From an uncultured bacterium (GTDB lineage Bacteria > Oederibacteriota > PGYV01 > Palsa-1178): 64,000 nt of DNA. Every line of letters starts with the position of its first letter. Positions within the stretch are counted from its first letter, which is position 1. The notes below the pieces were generated by a model. That model saw only the letters and a list, made by a program, of their open reading frames with translations. It did not search any database and was not told where the DNA came from. The DNA is taken from positions 6,614-70,613 of the forward strand of contig CALAOR010000023.1 in assembly GCA_937889595.1 (NCBI GenBank), given 5' to 3'. Position numbers and translations under genes: made by a program. Positions 30,126 through 42,254 of this stretch are shown here, one piece after another.

Positions 30126-31949
30126 TTATTGAGACTGAAGTACTTCGTTTACTGTGTTAAGCACAGCCCAAAGATAACTCCCGCTGCTTTTCAAGCCCGC
30201 TTTTTCGAATTCACTCGGTTTTTCCACGGGCCACATACCGTGCGCCTGCTTTAGGTCCTCCAAATTAATATCCCACTTGCTGCCCGGGATTGTAAGGTTG
30301 TTTTCATTTACCCTGTACCTGAAACTTTTCCCGGTCTTGGTGATTATATCACGGCCCTCGAATTCTTCCACTCTTTTCATAAAAGCGGAAAATCCATCCT
30401 GCCCTTCCTTTGCAGCAGGTATAATATCCGTGGCAGCGGACTCTCCTGAAAAATCCCTGATAATACCCAAAAATATTTCACCATAACGTTTTAACTTCAT
30501 CTCACCTATGCCCTGTATGTCCAGCATTTCCTCCCTGGTGCGCGGCCGCTTTGCCGCCAGTTGGAGCAGTACAGCGTCGGTAAATACCAAATACGCGGGC
30601 ACGTCCTGCTCGTCCGCGAGCTGCCTGCGTTTTTGCTTCAGGATTGCAAGCAGGTTGTCGTCTGATCTGCCGTAAACCTTTATTGCAGATGTATCCACTA
30701 TTACGCGGATTTTTTCCTCCGCGTGCGTTTGAACTGTGATTATATCCTTGAGTTTATGCTCACCGCAGATGTCGCACGGCCCGCCGCAGTTTTCTATGTG
30801 ATCGCCAAAATACCATATCACAGACCTGTGCCTGCATGTTTTGCTTTCAGCCAGCCTGAAAAGCTGGACTGTTTTTTGCTGCATGGCCCGCGCAAGCTCC
30901 GGATTCTGGTGGTCGCTCAAAAACCTCTCGTAGTTCATGACATCGGCCCAGGAGTAAAACAGTATGCACCTGCTGTCCAGCCCGTCGCGGCCGGCCCTGC
31001 CTATTTCCTGGTAATAACTTTCTATGGTACGCGGCATATCGCAGTGGATCACAAACCGCACGTCCGGCTTGTTAATTCCCATGCCAAAGGCGATGGTTGC
31101 CACGACCACATCCACATTACCCCTGATGAAAGCTTCCTGATTGTTTGTCCTCTCATCTTTGGTCAACCCGGCATGATACGCCAAAGCTGATATTTTCTTT
31201 GATCTTAAAAACGCGACCATACCCTCCACATTACGGCGGCTCCAACAATAAATGATGCCGCTTTGCGATTTGTTCTGGCGGATGAATTTAAGTATGGTTT
31301 CCCTCATATTAACGCCTTCGCCTTTTTTCTGGAACGTAAGCAGAAGGTTTGACCTGTAAAACGAACCCCTGTAAATCTCAGGCGAGGCCATCCCGAGCTG
31401 ATTTATGATATCATCCATGACCTGCTTTGTGGCTGTCGCGGTCAGGGCAAGCACGGGGATATTGCCGAGGTGTGATTTTAACCCCTGCAGTTTCCTGTAA
31501 GCGGGCCTGAAATCATGCCCCCACTGGCTGATGCAATGCGCTTCGTCCACGACAACTATACTGACGGAACAGGATTTTATGAAGTTGCTCAGCGAGCCTT
31601 CGAGGGCCTCGGGCGCCAGATAAACAAGCTCGTATTTCCCCAGCCGGAAATTTTCAAGCCGTTTTTCGCGTTCAACAGGGGTGATCGTGGAGTTGATGAC
31701 AACAGCCTTAAATCCAAGCGCATGCAAAGAATCAACCTGATCTTTCATAAGTGAGATCAAAGGGGAAATAACAAGCACCGTGCCGGGTAATAACCTGGCC
31801 GGTATCTGAAATGTAAGCGACTTTCCGGCGCCGGTCGGCATGATACCGAGGCAGTCGCGCCCGCCAAGTACGGCATTGATGATCTGCTCCTGGCCCGGCC
31901 TGAATTCCCGGTAGCCGAATGTGTTTTGCAGGACCTCTATTGGTTTCAT
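30126..31949 (-). CDS. recQ: RecQ family helicase with HRDC and an extra C-terminal domain
   Basis: Start re-called at MKPIEVL; [32 protein letters not shown], Zn Cys cluster, HRDC (VPAYLVF). Confidence 0.9.
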   Translation of the reverse strand: MKPIEVLQNTFGYREFRPGQEQIINAVLGGRDCLGIMPTGAGKSLTFQIPARLLPGTVLVISPLISLMKDQVDSLHALGFKAVVINSTITPVEREKRLENFRLGKYELVYLAPEALEGSLSNFIKSCSVSIVVVDEAHCISQWGHDFRPAYRKLQGLKSHLGNIPVLALTATATKQVMDDIINQLGMASPEIYRGSFYRSNLLLTFQKKGEGVNMRETILKFIRQNKSQSGIIYCWSRRNVEGMVAFLRSKKISALAYHAGLTKDERTNNQEAFIRGNVDVVVATIAFGMGINKPDVRFVIHCDMPRTIESYYQEIGRAGRDGLDSRCILFYSWADVMNYERFLSDHQNPELARAMQQKTVQLFRLAESKTCRHRSVIWYFGDHIENCGGPCDICGEHKLKDIITVQTHAEEKIRVIVDTSAIKVYGRSDDNLLAILKQKRRQLADEQDVPAYLVFTDAVLLQLAAKRPRTREEMLDIQGIGEMKLKRYGEIFLGIIRDFSGESAATDIIPAAKEGQDGFSAFMKRVEEFEGRDIITKTGKSFRYRVNENNLTIPGSKWDINLEDLKQAHGMWPVEKPSEFEKAGLKSSGSYLWAVLNTVNEVLQSQ

Positions 31950-32051
31950 GATATCTGTTGCCCTCCAGTGTATAATTTTCCTGACAAAATTATACACTGT
32001 GTATGCTTTTGTGTCAAAGGTTATTTACGCGGGATTGATTTGGCAGGTGTT

Positions 32052-33593
32052 CTAAATCCACTCTCTTCCGTCGCGCTTTATGAACTCATCGGCTTCTTTC
32101 GGGCCGTCTGTGCCGGCTGCGTAAAAATGCATCTGCCTGCTTTTTTCATTGAGCGGGCATGTTTCCCATTTTTTCAGTATAGGGGTTAAAAGTTTCCACG
32201 ACGCTTCAATCCCGTCCTTCCTCCAGAAAAGCGTCTGGTCCCCTAGCAGGCAGTCCAGGATGATGGTCCCGTAATCGTCAGCTATGTCGGAGCCGAACTT
32301 ATCCTTGTAATTAAAATCCATGTCAAGCGGCGATAAACACATTTTAGAACCCGGGACTTTTACCATGAATTTGATTGAAACCCCCTGCTGCGGCTGTATG
32401 GAAAAGGTCAGGGTATTGGGCCGGTGCTCCATGCCTATGTCCCGGAAAATATTGTCTTTAACCGGCTTAAAAACAACCGTTATCCTTGAAGCCTTTTCTT
32501 TCATGCGTTTCCCCGACCGTATGTAAAAAGGCGCGCCTTTCCATTTTTTATTGTCTATAAAAAGCTTGGCCGCGAAAAATGTCTCGGTGCAGGACTTATC
32601 CGCCACGCCCAGTTCCGCGGCATAAGCCCCGGCTTTCAGCGCGCCTGCAAACCCTTCCGTGTATTGTCCGCGTATGACCTGCTCATTTATTTTATTAAGG
32701 TCAAACGGCCTTATAGAGCCGATAACATCCGCTTTTTTATCCCTGATCTCCTCGGAATCAAGAGAAACCGGCCTTTCCATGGCAACCAGGGAAACAAGCT
32801 GTAATATATGGTTCTGCAGCATGTCGCGTATCATGCCGGCCTGTTCAAAGTATCCGGCCCTGCCTTCGATCCCGGCCTCTTCAGCCACTGTGATCTGCAC
32901 GTGGTCTATATATCGGCTGTTCCATATTGGTTCAAACAAGGCGTTTGCGAACCTGAAAACAAGTATGTTCTGTACCGTATTTTTTCCGAGATAATGATCG
33001 ACCCTGTATAACTGGGTGTCGTCTATATACTTCAATATTTCCCTGTTTAATTCCACTGCGCTGTCAATATCCCTGCCAAAAGGCTTTTCCACCATGAGCC
33101 TGTGAAATGGCTCCCGGGTCCTGCCTTTTTCCATAAGCAGACTTTTCCCCAGATGTGTGGCAACTGTTTTATACAGGGACGGCGGTATGGCCAGGATAAA
33201 CACCCTGTTGCCGCGGGTGGAATATTTTTTTTCAAGTTCATCAAGTCTTTTCCTTATACCTACGTATTCATCCGGGTCGTCATAATCGCCGGTCATGTAA
33301 AAACATTTGGAACAGAAATTATCGGTCAAACTCCCTGTTTTTTCCCCGGAATTCACAAGCGCCTGCCTTATTTTCAGCCTGAAAGAAGCCTCATCCATGT
33401 CCGTGCGGCCGACCCCGAGGATAAAGAAATTATCGGGTATGCTCCCGTGCCTGACAAGGTTAAAAAATGAAGGTATGAGCCTTTTTCCCGCAAGATCCCC
33501 GGATGCGCCGAATATAACCACGCCTGCGGGACCCGCCTTGGCCAGTTCGCAGACGCCGGTAAGTTTCAGGTCAATAGATGGTTTGAATTCCAT
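32052..33593 (-). CDS. zwf: Glucose-6-phosphate 1-dehydrogenase
   Basis: [23 protein letters not shown]. Confidence 0.95.
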   Translation of the reverse strand: MEFKPSIDLKLTGVCELAKAGPAGVVIFGASGDLAGKRLIPSFFNLVRHGSIPDNFFILGVGRTDMDEASFRLKIRQALVNSGEKTGSLTDNFCSKCFYMTGDYDDPDEYVGIRKRLDELEKKYSTRGNRVFILAIPPSLYKTVATHLGKSLLMEKGRTREPFHRLMVEKPFGRDIDSAVELNREILKYIDDTQLYRVDHYLGKNTVQNILVFRFANALFEPIWNSRYIDHVQITVAEEAGIEGRAGYFEQAGMIRDMLQNHILQLVSLVAMERPVSLDSEEIRDKKADVIGSIRPFDLNKINEQVIRGQYTEGFAGALKAGAYAAELGVADKSCTETFFAAKLFIDNKKWKGAPFYIRSGKRMKEKASRITVVFKPVKDNIFRDIGMEHRPNTLTFSIQPQQGVSIKFMVKVPGSKMCLSPLDMDFNYKDKFGSDIADDYGTIILDCLLGDQTLFWRKDGIEASWKLLTPILKKWETCPLNEKSRQMHFYAAGTDGPKEADEFIKRDGREWI

Positions 33594-33596
33594 TTT

Positions 33597-34568
33597 TTAT
33601 TTTTCCCTGTCAAACTTGGCGTGCCTGATGTGCCCCGACCCCGCCGAGTACGTTTTTACATTTTCGCCTTCCCTTGCCATGGCGTGCCCGCCGAAACTGT
33701 TCCTTAAAGCCGCTATGATTTTATTTGAGTATGCGTCTTTTTGCCTGGAATTAAATCTTTTATAAAGCGAAGCGGTGATAACATCCGCAGCCACGCCTGT
33801 GTCCAGTGCTTCTTTTACGGCCCAGCGCGCCTCGCCAGAATCCTCGACATATCCCTGTATCCTTTCAAGTTCCTGCGGGTTTTTAAAAACATCTATAAGA
33901 AGCTCCAGGAGCCAGGACTTTACCACGGAGCCCGCGTTCCACATTTCAGCCACTTGGCTTAAATCCAAAGATGCGCCGTACTGTGAGGCTTTTAAAATTT
34001 CAAAACCTTCGCCATAAGCTTCCATCAGCCCGTATTCTATCGCGTTATGGGTCATTTTTACAAAATGTCCGGCGCCTGATCTGCCGCAGTACATATAGCC
34101 GCCCGCGGGTGCCAGGGATTTAAATACGGGTTCAGCGTATTTAAATACTGCTTCGTCCCCGCCCACCATGGTTGCGTACCCGTTCTTAAGCCCCCATATG
34201 CCTCCTGATATGCCCGCGTCCAGATAGGATATTCCTTTTGTTTTTAGTTCATCGAAACGCTTTATGTCGTCTTTATAATTGCTGTTCCCGCCTTCTATTA
34301 AAATATCGCCTTTTTCAAGCAGGGGGGCAAGCGCGCTGATTTGATTTTGAGTAACTTCTCCCGCAGGCAGCATGAGCCATATAAGACGAGGGACTTTCAT
34401 GGATTTTATCAGGTCATTTAATGTAAGCGCTGCTTTGGCGCCTTCTTTTTCAAGTTCTTTGATTTTGTCAATTGAACGGTTATGAACAAAAACTTCATGT
34501 TTGTCATTGATGAGCCTGCGGGCCATGTTGGCGCCCATGCGGCCCAGTCCGATTATTCCGATCTGCAT
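33597..34568 (-). CDS. gnd: 6-phosphogluconate dehydrogenase (short, decarboxylating)
   Basis: GLGRMG, SGG, GHFVKMTHNAIEYG, FGGH. Confidence 0.93.
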   Translation of the reverse strand: MQIGIIGLGRMGANMARRLINDKHEVFVHNRSIDKIKELEKEGAKAALTLNDLIKSMKVPRLIWLMLPAGEVTQNQISALAPLLEKGDILIEGGNSNYKDDIKRFDELKTKGISYLDAGISGGIWGLKNGYATMVGGDEAVFKYAEPVFKSLAPAGGYMYCGRSGAGHFVKMTHNAIEYGLMEAYGEGFEILKASQYGASLDLSQVAEMWNAGSVVKSWLLELLIDVFKNPQELERIQGYVEDSGEARWAVKEALDTGVAADVITASLYKRFNSRQKDAYSNKIIAALRNSFGGHAMAREGENVKTYSAGSGHIRHAKFDREK

Positions 34569-34602
34569 TTTATAACCCTCCTGATATGATTTGCATTAAA
34601 CC

Positions 34603-36615
34603 CTACCTGCCCAGCACTACCATTGCTTTTGCCAGTACATTATCAACGGTAAACCCGTATTTTTCCATTACGATCTTCCCCGGCGCAGACGCGCCGAACG
34701 TGTCGACGCCGACTACATCGCCTGAATCACCGGCCAATCCCCTCCAGAACGGGGTGGAACCTGCTTCTATGATAAGCCTCTTTTTAACGTTTGCAGGTAT
34801 TATGGATTCCCTGTACTGCGCGGGCTGGGCCATAAATATTTCATACGAAGGCATGGAAACCACCCTTGCCTTTATTCCCCTTGCCAATAATTTTTCATGG
34901 ACCCCCATGGCAAGCTGTACTTCCGAGCCCGTGGCAATAAGAAGTATCTCGGGCTTACCCGTGCAGTCATTGAGCGTATAACCGCCCTTTTGAGTATTCT
35001 CTATCACGTTATATTTTTTCTCGTCAATTATCGGAAGGTCCTGCCTGGTGAAAACAAGTACGATCGGTTTTTTTGTGACTATCGCGTAGTACCATGCTCC
35101 CACAGTTTCATTTGCGTCAGCGGGCCTGATTATAGTCAGATCTGGGATCAGCCTGAGCGATGATAAATGCTCCACGGGCTGGTGTGTGGGCCCGTCCTCG
35201 CCTAATCCTATGGAGTCATGTGTGAATATGAATATTGAATGCGTCTGCATTATGGCGGCCAGCCTGAGCGCCGGCCGCATGTAATCCGAAAAAGATAAAA
35301 ATGTGGCCGAGTAAGGGATCAGGCCTTTATGAAGCGCCATGCCGTTTACTATGGCCCCCATTGCGTGCTCACGCACTCCAAAATGCAGGTTGCGCTCGCA
35401 CATGCCCGCTATGCCGAAACTTCCGTGGCCGTTCAGCATGGTCTTTGTGGAAGGAGCCAGGTCGGCTGAACCGCCGATGAATTCCGTCATGTATAATTCT
35501 ATCTGGTTCATGACCTTGCCCGACGCGGTCCTCGTGGCCATGGGGCCGTCTTCGATCTTAAAAGGAAGAAGGTTTTCCTTTAAATTCCTGTTAATATGGC
35601 CGACTATGTATTTTTCAAGGAGTTTGGCTTCCTTTGGATAAGCTTTTTTATATGATTCAAAAAACTTGTTCCATGCAGCCTCTTCAGTTGCCCACTTTTT
35701 CTTCATTTTTTCAAAATTATTCGTTACTTCCTGGGGCACATAAAAACTCTTATCAGGGTCAAATCCAAAAAACTCCTTTGTCTTCCTTGCGGCATCCCAG
35801 CCCAAGGGCTCCCCGTGCACCGAAGGGTCCCCCTGTTTTGGCGATCCATACCCTATGTTCGTCCTTATTATTATCAGGGACGGCCTGTGCCTATGTTCCC
35901 TTGCTTTTGTTATTGCCTCTTCCACAGCTGAAGTATTATTGCCGTCCTTTATCACCTGTGTGTTCCAGCCATAGGAATCAAACCTTTCTTTAACATTTTC
36001 TGTGAATGCCAGGGATGACTTTCCCTCTATGGAAATATCATTGTCATCGTACAGATATATGAGTTTTCCAAGTTTGAGCGTTCCGGCGAGAGACGCGGCC
36101 TCGGATGCTATGCCTTCCATAAGGTCCCCGTCTGACACAACGACGTATGTATAATGGTCTATTATGTTATATCCGGGTTTATTAAAACAGCCTGCCATGG
36201 CGCGCTCGGCTATAGCCATGCCCACTCCCATGGCAAATCCCTGCCCTAAGGGCCCTGTTGTCGCGTCAATTCCCGCGGTCACTCCGTATTCAGGATGTCC
36301 GGGGGTTTTAGAACCCCACTGCCTGAATGCTTTCAAGTCATCCATAGTGAGCCCCGAACCCGACAAGAAAAGCAGCGAGTATAAAAGTGCGCAGCCATGG
36401 CCCGCGGACAATATGAACCTGTCACGGTTATACCATCTGGGACTTTGCGGGTTATGCTTTAGGAACTTGCCCCAGAGCGTATAGACAAAAGGCGCGGCGC
36501 CAAGCGGCATCCCCGGATGGCCTGATTTCGCCTTTTCCACCATGTCAACAGATAATAAACGCAGCGTGTCAATGGAAAGCTGGTCAATGCTGGTCTTTTT
36601 TTTGGATTTCATCAT
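34603..36615 (-). CDS. tkt: Transketolase
   Basis: SGHPG, SAGHG, GDLMEG, THDSIGLGEDGPTHQP. Confidence 0.96.
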   Translation of the reverse strand: MMKSKKKTSIDQLSIDTLRLLSVDMVEKAKSGHPGMPLGAAPFVYTLWGKFLKHNPQSPRWYNRDRFILSAGHGCALLYSLLFLSGSGLTMDDLKAFRQWGSKTPGHPEYGVTAGIDATTGPLGQGFAMGVGMAIAERAMAGCFNKPGYNIIDHYTYVVVSDGDLMEGIASEAASLAGTLKLGKLIYLYDDNDISIEGKSSLAFTENVKERFDSYGWNTQVIKDGNNTSAVEEAITKAREHRHRPSLIIIRTNIGYGSPKQGDPSVHGEPLGWDAARKTKEFFGFDPDKSFYVPQEVTNNFEKMKKKWATEEAAWNKFFESYKKAYPKEAKLLEKYIVGHINRNLKENLLPFKIEDGPMATRTASGKVMNQIELYMTEFIGGSADLAPSTKTMLNGHGSFGIAGMCERNLHFGVREHAMGAIVNGMALHKGLIPYSATFLSFSDYMRPALRLAAIMQTHSIFIFTHDSIGLGEDGPTHQPVEHLSSLRLIPDLTIIRPADANETVGAWYYAIVTKKPIVLVFTRQDLPIIDEKKYNVIENTQKGGYTLNDCTGKPEILLIATGSEVQLAMGVHEKLLARGIKARVVSMPSYEIFMAQPAQYRESIIPANVKKRLIIEAGSTPFWRGLAGDSGDVVGVDTFGASAPGKIVMEKYGFTVDNVLAKAMVVLGR

Positions 36616-36643
36616 TTCCTCTGTTAAATTATTTGGGTGCGGG

Positions 36644-36674
36644 CGAAAAACCTTATAAAACCATGAAATTCTTT
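36644..36674. repeat. Degenerate internal remnant of the MITE
   Basis: GAAAAACCTTATAAAACCATGAAATTCTT is near-identical to the left part of the 42667 copy. Confidence 0.6.
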
Positions 36675-36684
36675 ATAGAACAGT

Positions 36685-37449
36685 TTAAAATGCAATAAGC
36701 CTCATTACCGTCAATCCTATGTATGCATCCTGGGTTTTAACCCCCAGCAACATCCTGCGTGTACCCACATCAACGGAATTGCCGGCCTTTAATATAAACT
36801 GATGCCCGAAAGTATCAAATTTTACGCCGAAACTGTAACATCCCGTATTTCCCATATCCGGGCTTGTGCCTGAGTCTTTTAAAAGCGGATAATACTCGGC
36901 GAGCAGCCTAAAATGGTTTATTATTTCATAACTTAATCCCAAACCCAGCCCTATGTGGCTGTTATAACCGTCATAGCCCAGATCCACCGAGGCTGTTATC
37001 CTGTCCTCATAAAATGGAACTGACTGAAGCGACAGAAGATAGAACAAATTCTGGGCATATTCCGGCTGCGTTTGGTTCTTATAGGAAAAAAACTGCACGT
37101 CGAGCTGCGAATTAAAGAAAAATTTCTGGGCGTAAAACGCATAACTTAATCCCGCGAATTGTTCCCTGTTATTTGTTATGTATCCCGCTTTTGCCTCTAT
37201 CCCAAATTCCGCCATATACCTGAAATTAATCCCAAAATTTACGCCATTATCCAAAAGAGCGAACAAATCCCCCTTTGGGTAGCCGTTGAGTGACTGTGAA
37301 AACCTGCCGTCAAGCGTCAAATACGCCTGGCCGTCATCCAGGCCCGACGGCACTGTCATGTTCAGCATGGGGCTCTCAAACTGCTCCGCGCGCGCGGCTG
37401 TAACGGAAAAAAATACAACCGCGATCAATAAAAATTTCCTCATTTCCAT
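36685..37449 (-). CDS. Probable outer-membrane beta-barrel (DUF5777-like)
   Basis: Signal peptide, amphipathic strands, TFGHQF..GNS motif, C-terminal Phe. Confidence 0.6.
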   Translation of the reverse strand: MEMRKFLLIAVVFFSVTAARAEQFESPMLNMTVPSGLDDGQAYLTLDGRFSQSLNGYPKGDLFALLDNGVNFGINFRYMAEFGIEAKAGYITNNREQFAGLSYAFYAQKFFFNSQLDVQFFSYKNQTQPEYAQNLFYLLSLQSVPFYEDRITASVDLGYDGYNSHIGLGLGLSYEIINHFRLLAEYYPLLKDSGTSPDMGNTGCYSFGVKFDTFGHQFILKAGNSVDVGTRRMLLGVKTQDAYIGLTVMRLIAF

Positions 37450-37472
37450 CCCCTCCGTTTTATCGACCGTTT

Positions 37473-38042
37473 CTATTTATCCAGTTCTGCGCTAAAAGTG
37501 TCTATGGAATATATCTCTCCCAGTTTCCTGCGGGGCGGCCGTTCCTTTTCCTGCTCCGCCTGTTTTTCGTTTAAGACCGGATTTATCTTATCCGATTTTT
37601 TGCCTACATTTATCAAAGTGATAAGCATGTTATCCGCCGGTATGCCGAGTATTTCCTTGGCTTTCTCCGGGGAATATCCCGCGATCGGGTGGGCCACGAG
37701 CCCCATCTCCGTGGCGCGCAGGATCATGGCTGACGCAGCCATGCCGATATCAAAAAGGTAGTATTCCCTTTCTTGTATGTTGCAGTCCTTTTCCTTTTTA
37801 CCGAAAACCGCTATTATGAGTGAGTCCTCATAAGCCCATGAGTTCCCCTTACTGAAAACCTCGCGCATTTTTAAAAGCTGCTCTTTGGAGCGCACGAACA
37901 CAAACCTCCAAGGCTGGTTGTTAAAACATGACGCAGTGAGCTGCGCCGCCGTACCGAGCTCTTTTAACATTTCATCGGTTATTTCAATTGGCTCAAAGGA
38001 CCTGTAGGCCCTTCTTTTTTCTATGGCTTCTTTTACATCCAT
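37473..38042 (-). CDS. Nitroreductase family protein
   Basis: RRAYR, ASCFNNQPWRF, ATEMGL. Confidence 0.9.
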   Translation of the reverse strand: MDVKEAIEKRRAYRSFEPIEITDEMLKELGTAAQLTASCFNNQPWRFVFVRSKEQLLKMREVFSKGNSWAYEDSLIIAVFGKKEKDCNIQEREYYLFDIGMAASAMILRATEMGLVAHPIAGYSPEKAKEILGIPADNMLITLINVGKKSDKINPVLNEKQAEQEKERPPRRKLGEIYSIDTFSAELDK

Positions 38043-38043
38043 G

Positions 38044-38433
38044 CTACTTCGCCTTTTTGCTGTTTTTTGCCGCGGGTTTTGCAGGCGTTGTTTCTTTTAC
38101 CGTTGCTTCTTTTGTAAGGTCCCCGTATTTTATGCAGTCGGCGTCAATTGACACCACATCGCCAATCTTTAAACCGGGTATTACGTAAATCACGGTCTGG
38201 GCCTCGTTGCTTGTCTGCGTGGAAGCCATCTGGGTTATTATTTTTTTGCCGTTTAACTTTACTATTATCTGGTTTATGTAGTGATCCAAAACATCTTTTA
38301 CCTCGTGCATAATATTTGCCGTAACCGTCTTATTTGCCAGGTCAAAAGTAATAATAATGTCGCTCGGTGGCGTGGCAGTAAGCGAAACTGAAACCAGGAA
38401 CAGGAACACAAGCAGTGCTGCAATTTTTTTCAT
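38044..38433 (-). CDS. Exported hypothetical protein, possible superoxide-reductase-like fold
   Basis: Signal peptide; H..DHYI..C-x3-G pattern; Lys/Pro-rich tail. Confidence 0.55.
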   Translation of the reverse strand: MKKIAALLVFLFLVSVSLTATPPSDIIITFDLANKTVTANIMHEVKDVLDHYINQIIVKLNGKKIITQMASTQTSNEAQTVIYVIPGLKIGDVVSIDADCIKYGDLTKEATVKETTPAKPAAKNSKKAK

Positions 38434-38478
38434 GATATTTCTCCTTTTGGTATTTTGTACCTTAAATTTATAATTTTC

Positions 38479-38940
38479 TCACCCTTTTTTCAGGAACGCC
38501 ACAAGTTCTTTTACATCAGGCAGTTCCTTCATGGGGTAAACTTTTACAAATATCGCCTTTCTCTGTTCGTCAAGTATTATATTTGCCCGCTCTGAAAACC
38601 CGAATTTTTCAATAAATATCCCGAGTTTCGACGCGATAGCGCCGTGCGGCCAAAAGTCAGCGAGCAGGTCGAGTTCTTCTATGCCAAGACTTTCGGCCCA
38701 CGCTTTTTTTGAAGGCGCCGTATCGATCGATATCCCCAGTGGTACCGTGTTTAACTCTTCAAAAACCTCGTAATAATCCTCAAGCGACTGCATCTGTTTG
38801 GCGCAGACGGATGTCCAGGCCATGGGGTGGAAAGAAAGCAGTATCTTTTTGTCTTCAAACCCCTCGGTGTTAATTCCCAGGTCCTGCTGATTTTTCAGCA
38901 TAAAGTTCCCGAACTTTTCTCCAACCTTTATCCTTGCCAT
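38479..38940 (-). CDS. Peroxiredoxin/redoxin (AhpC/TSA family)
   Basis: PMAWTSVC (PxxxTxxC), DFWPHG, SERA. Confidence 0.88.
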   Translation of the reverse strand: MARIKVGEKFGNFMLKNQQDLGINTEGFEDKKILLSFHPMAWTSVCAKQMQSLEDYYEVFEELNTVPLGISIDTAPSKKAWAESLGIEELDLLADFWPHGAIASKLGIFIEKFGFSERANIILDEQRKAIFVKVYPMKELPDVKELVAFLKKG

Positions 38941-38982
38941 TTTTCCTCCTTTAAAAATATTATATTACCGGATTTAAACGCC

Positions 38983-39837
38983 CTACTTTTTTGCCTCAAG
39001 CAGTTCATTTATCTTCGCCATGTCCCTGGTTCTTTTGTATAAAGGCTCTTTGCCCGCCCTGTGCGCCGCCAGATTATCCTCAAATACGGTTTTATTTTCA
39101 TTTATGTAAAATATGCCGAGCGGCATGCGGTCTTCCTCAAGCGCGCGTTTAAAAGCGGTATTTTTATCCTTGGGGTCGTAATTATCTTCGAGAAAATACG
39201 TATGTTCCTTGAACCATTTATGGGTGTTTACCTTGTTGAAGGAAACACATGCCTGGAAAATATCTACAAGCGCAAAGCCTTTATGGTTTATCGCCTTTTT
39301 TATGATTTCCTTTGTCTTTTCAGGCTCTCCGACAGTGCCGCGCGCAACAAAAGACGCATCCAATGATATGGCCAGAGCAAGCGGGTTGATGGGTGTTTCT
39401 GATACGCCGTTCACCTGAATCGGGGTTTTAAACCCGATACGCGAAGTGGGGGACGCCTGCCCTTTTGTCAGGCCGTAAACCATGTTATTGTGGACTATTA
39501 CAGTTATATTGGGATTCCTGCGGATGGCGTGGATGAAATGATTTCCGCCCTCGCCGTACATGTCGCCGTCACCGCTTTCTATGATCACGTTCAGGTTCGG
39601 ATTTGCAGCTTTGATCCCAGCTGCCGGCGGCAAAGACCTGCCATGCAGGCCGTTAAAATAACTTACATTATAATATTGAGGGGCCTTGGCTGCCTGGCCT
39701 ATGCCTGATAAATATACCACTTCCTCGCGCTTAAGATTAAGTTCCGCCAAAGCATTCAGCACTATATTGCGTATGCCGAAATTACCGCAGCCCGGGCACC
39801 AGGCTGTTTCGCCTTTACGGTCAAAAATATTGTCCAT
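38983..39837 (-). CDS. 2-oxoacid:ferredoxin oxidoreductase beta subunit (second copy)
   Basis: WCPGCGN, HGR, GDGD, CVSFN. Confidence 0.9.
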   Translation of the reverse strand: MDNIFDRKGETAWCPGCGNFGIRNIVLNALAELNLKREEVVYLSGIGQAAKAPQYYNVSYFNGLHGRSLPPAAGIKAANPNLNVIIESGDGDMYGEGGNHFIHAIRRNPNITVIVHNNMVYGLTKGQASPTSRIGFKTPIQVNGVSETPINPLALAISLDASFVARGTVGEPEKTKEIIKKAINHKGFALVDIFQACVSFNKVNTHKWFKEHTYFLEDNYDPKDKNTAFKRALEEDRMPLGIFYINENKTVFEDNLAAHRAGKEPLYKRTRDMAKINELLEAKK

Positions 39838-39875
39838 AAATCCTCCATCATATAGTGTGCAATTTAAGTTGTTTA

Positions 39876-41606
39876 CTAACTTATCGCCTTGGTTATCTCT
39901 TCCACAGAAAATGGCATTCCATTATACTTCAGCACCCTATTTTTTATATCTATCCCTGTTTCCAGTTTTATCAGATCCCCGAACTGGCCTGTCTGGTTAT
40001 TTTCTATGAGGATCAATTTCTTTGCTTTTTTCAGGTAAGCTGCTGTTTCTTTCGGCAAAGGATAAACCTGCGGGAAGTGCAGGAACGCAATGTCTTTTTT
40101 ACCTGATATTTTCATCGCTTCAATGACAGTGTTATAATTGGAGCCCCAGCTCACAATAAGTGTTTTGTATTTCCCGGGACCGGTCAATACCGGCTTTATA
40201 ACATCTTTTTTAACCAGATTAAATTTTTTCATCCTCTTGTCCGCCATTGCCAGCCTTACCCCGTCCAAATCTTCCGTTATCCTGCCTTCTTCGTCATGTT
40301 CATCGGAATCAACACAGACTGTCCCGGTCCCGAACCCAGGCACGCCTCTTGGCGATATGCCGTCTTTGGTCAGGGCATATCTTTTATAGGTTTCATTTGT
40401 TTCAATGATATATTTTTCCGCCGCCAGCCCGTCTGTTTTGATCTGCGGCAAATTGTAATATGAATCCGTAAAATACTGGTCCGTCATGATAAATACAGGC
40501 ACCTGATACTTATCCGCCAGGTTAAAAGCCTTCTGCGTAAGAAAAAACGCTTCTTTGACGTCGCCCGGGGACAATATTATCCTCGGGAAAAAACCGTGTC
40601 CCGCGTATAAAGCCAGGTTTAGATCACCCTGTTCTGTCCTTGTTGGCAGTCCCGTCGCCGGCCCCGGCCTTTGCGCCAGGTGCACCACTATGGGCGACTC
40701 AATCGCGCCCGCAAGCGATAAGCCTTCTGTCATGAGCGCGAACCCGCCGCCCGAAGTTGAAACCAATGCCCTGCCTCCCGCGTACCAGGCTCCGAGCGCC
40801 ATGTTCATGACGCCTATCTCGTCCTCCACCTGTTCCACAACAAGTCCCATTTTATCCGAATACCCGGCCAGCGCGGTAAATACACCCGTACCCGGCGTCA
40901 TGGGATAGGCAAACACACTGTCGCAGCCGCCTGCCAAAGCACCGAGCGCCACCGCTTCGGAACCGTTTAAAAGTATCTCGTCTTTTATTGAAGGGTCCTT
41001 TGTGATGCCGAATTTTATTATCTTATTTTTATAAAGTTCCCTTCCTATTGCGTACCCGCTTTTCGCGGCGTCAATATTTTTTGATGCTACTTCTTCCCCT
41101 TTTGAAATAAATTTCGCCCTGATATCCGCATACAGCTTTTCCTCTGATACGGCAAGTATCCCGCATATGGTCCCGATCGCCACTGAATTTGAATAAATAG
41201 GATTGCCAAACTCGGATGCTATGCGCTGAAAAGGTATGTTCATTAATTTATTATCATGCACCTGCGTACTGTCGCCGATTATGACGGTCGCCGGGCCGAT
41301 CCTTTTGGTAAGATGCACTATGGATTCGTCATTTAAGGGTATCAATAAGTCTATCCTGTCCGTATGCGACCTGACCCGGGCGGAAGAGATCCTTATTTCC
41401 GTCGAGTTGACCCCTCCCCTGACGCGGGACATATACTCTTTTGTGGCAAAAACATTAAAACCGTCATTTTTTATCGCCTTGACCAGTATGGATTCTATGG
41501 ACTGTATACCCTGGCCCGCTTCCCCGGCCAATACTATGATAAGTTCATTGGCCGGTACGGTTTCTTTTTTTACCCTGCTTTTTTGCTTTAAGCCTCTTTT
41601 TGCCAT
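39876..41606 (-). CDS. 2-oxoacid:acceptor oxidoreductase alpha subunit (fused gamma-alpha type)
   Basis: [26 protein letters not shown]. Confidence 0.9.
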   Translation of the reverse strand: MAKRGLKQKSRVKKETVPANELIIVLAGEAGQGIQSIESILVKAIKNDGFNVFATKEYMSRVRGGVNSTEIRISSARVRSHTDRIDLLIPLNDESIVHLTKRIGPATVIIGDSTQVHDNKLMNIPFQRIASEFGNPIYSNSVAIGTICGILAVSEEKLYADIRAKFISKGEEVASKNIDAAKSGYAIGRELYKNKIIKFGITKDPSIKDEILLNGSEAVALGALAGGCDSVFAYPMTPGTGVFTALAGYSDKMGLVVEQVEDEIGVMNMALGAWYAGGRALVSTSGGGFALMTEGLSLAGAIESPIVVHLAQRPGPATGLPTRTEQGDLNLALYAGHGFFPRIILSPGDVKEAFFLTQKAFNLADKYQVPVFIMTDQYFTDSYYNLPQIKTDGLAAEKYIIETNETYKRYALTKDGISPRGVPGFGTGTVCVDSDEHDEEGRITEDLDGVRLAMADKRMKKFNLVKKDVIKPVLTGPGKYKTLIVSWGSNYNTVIEAMKISGKKDIAFLHFPQVYPLPKETAAYLKKAKKLILIENNQTGQFGDLIKLETGIDIKNRVLKYNGMPFSVEEITKAIS

Positions 41607-41644
41607 AATCCACCTTTTACACGGGTTAAACTTTAATCCCGCGG

Positions 41645-42220
41645 TTAGTAATTTTCAGCCTTGATTTCAAAGTACGCCTTGGGGTGCAGGCAGGTAGGGC
41701 ATTTTTCAAGGGCATCCGTGCCTTCATGCACATATCCGCAGTTCCTGCATACCCACCTTACTTTTGTTTCCTTGGAGAATACCCGGTTGTTTTCAATATT
41801 ACCGGCGAGCTTTAGATATCTTTTTTCGTGTTCAACTTCCACTTTGGTTATATTCCTGAATGCCGAGGCCACGTCCATAAATCCCTCTTTTTCAGCAATG
41901 CTGCCCGCTTCAGGATACAGTTTGGTGTTTTCTTCATGTTCCCCGGCAGCCGCAGCCTTCAGGTTTTCCAGCGTGCTCCCTATGGTCCCGGCCGGGAAAG
42001 AAGCTGTGAACTCCACTGTGCCGCCTTCCAAAAACTTAAAGAACCTTTTTGCGTGTTCCATTTCATTCTCGGCGGTTTCCAAAAATAATGCCGAGACCTG
42101 CTCATATCCCTCTTTTTTTGCGGCCGAAGCAAAGTATGTGTAGCGGTTCCTTGCCTGCGACTCGCCCGCAAATGACGCGAGCAGGTTTTTCTCAGTACGG
42201 GTGCCTTTTAATGATGCCAT
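41645..42220 (-). CDS. rbr: Rubrerythrin
   Basis: FAGESQARNRY, EMEH, EVEH, CRNCG..CPTC. Confidence 0.95.
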   Translation of the reverse strand: MASLKGTRTEKNLLASFAGESQARNRYTYFASAAKKEGYEQVSALFLETAENEMEHAKRFFKFLEGGTVEFTASFPAGTIGSTLENLKAAAAGEHEENTKLYPEAGSIAEKEGFMDVASAFRNITKVEVEHEKRYLKLAGNIENNRVFSKETKVRWVCRNCGYVHEGTDALEKCPTCLHPKAYFEIKAENY

Positions 42221-42254
42221 TTTTATTCCTCCTGAAGTTTTTTTAATTTGTGAT

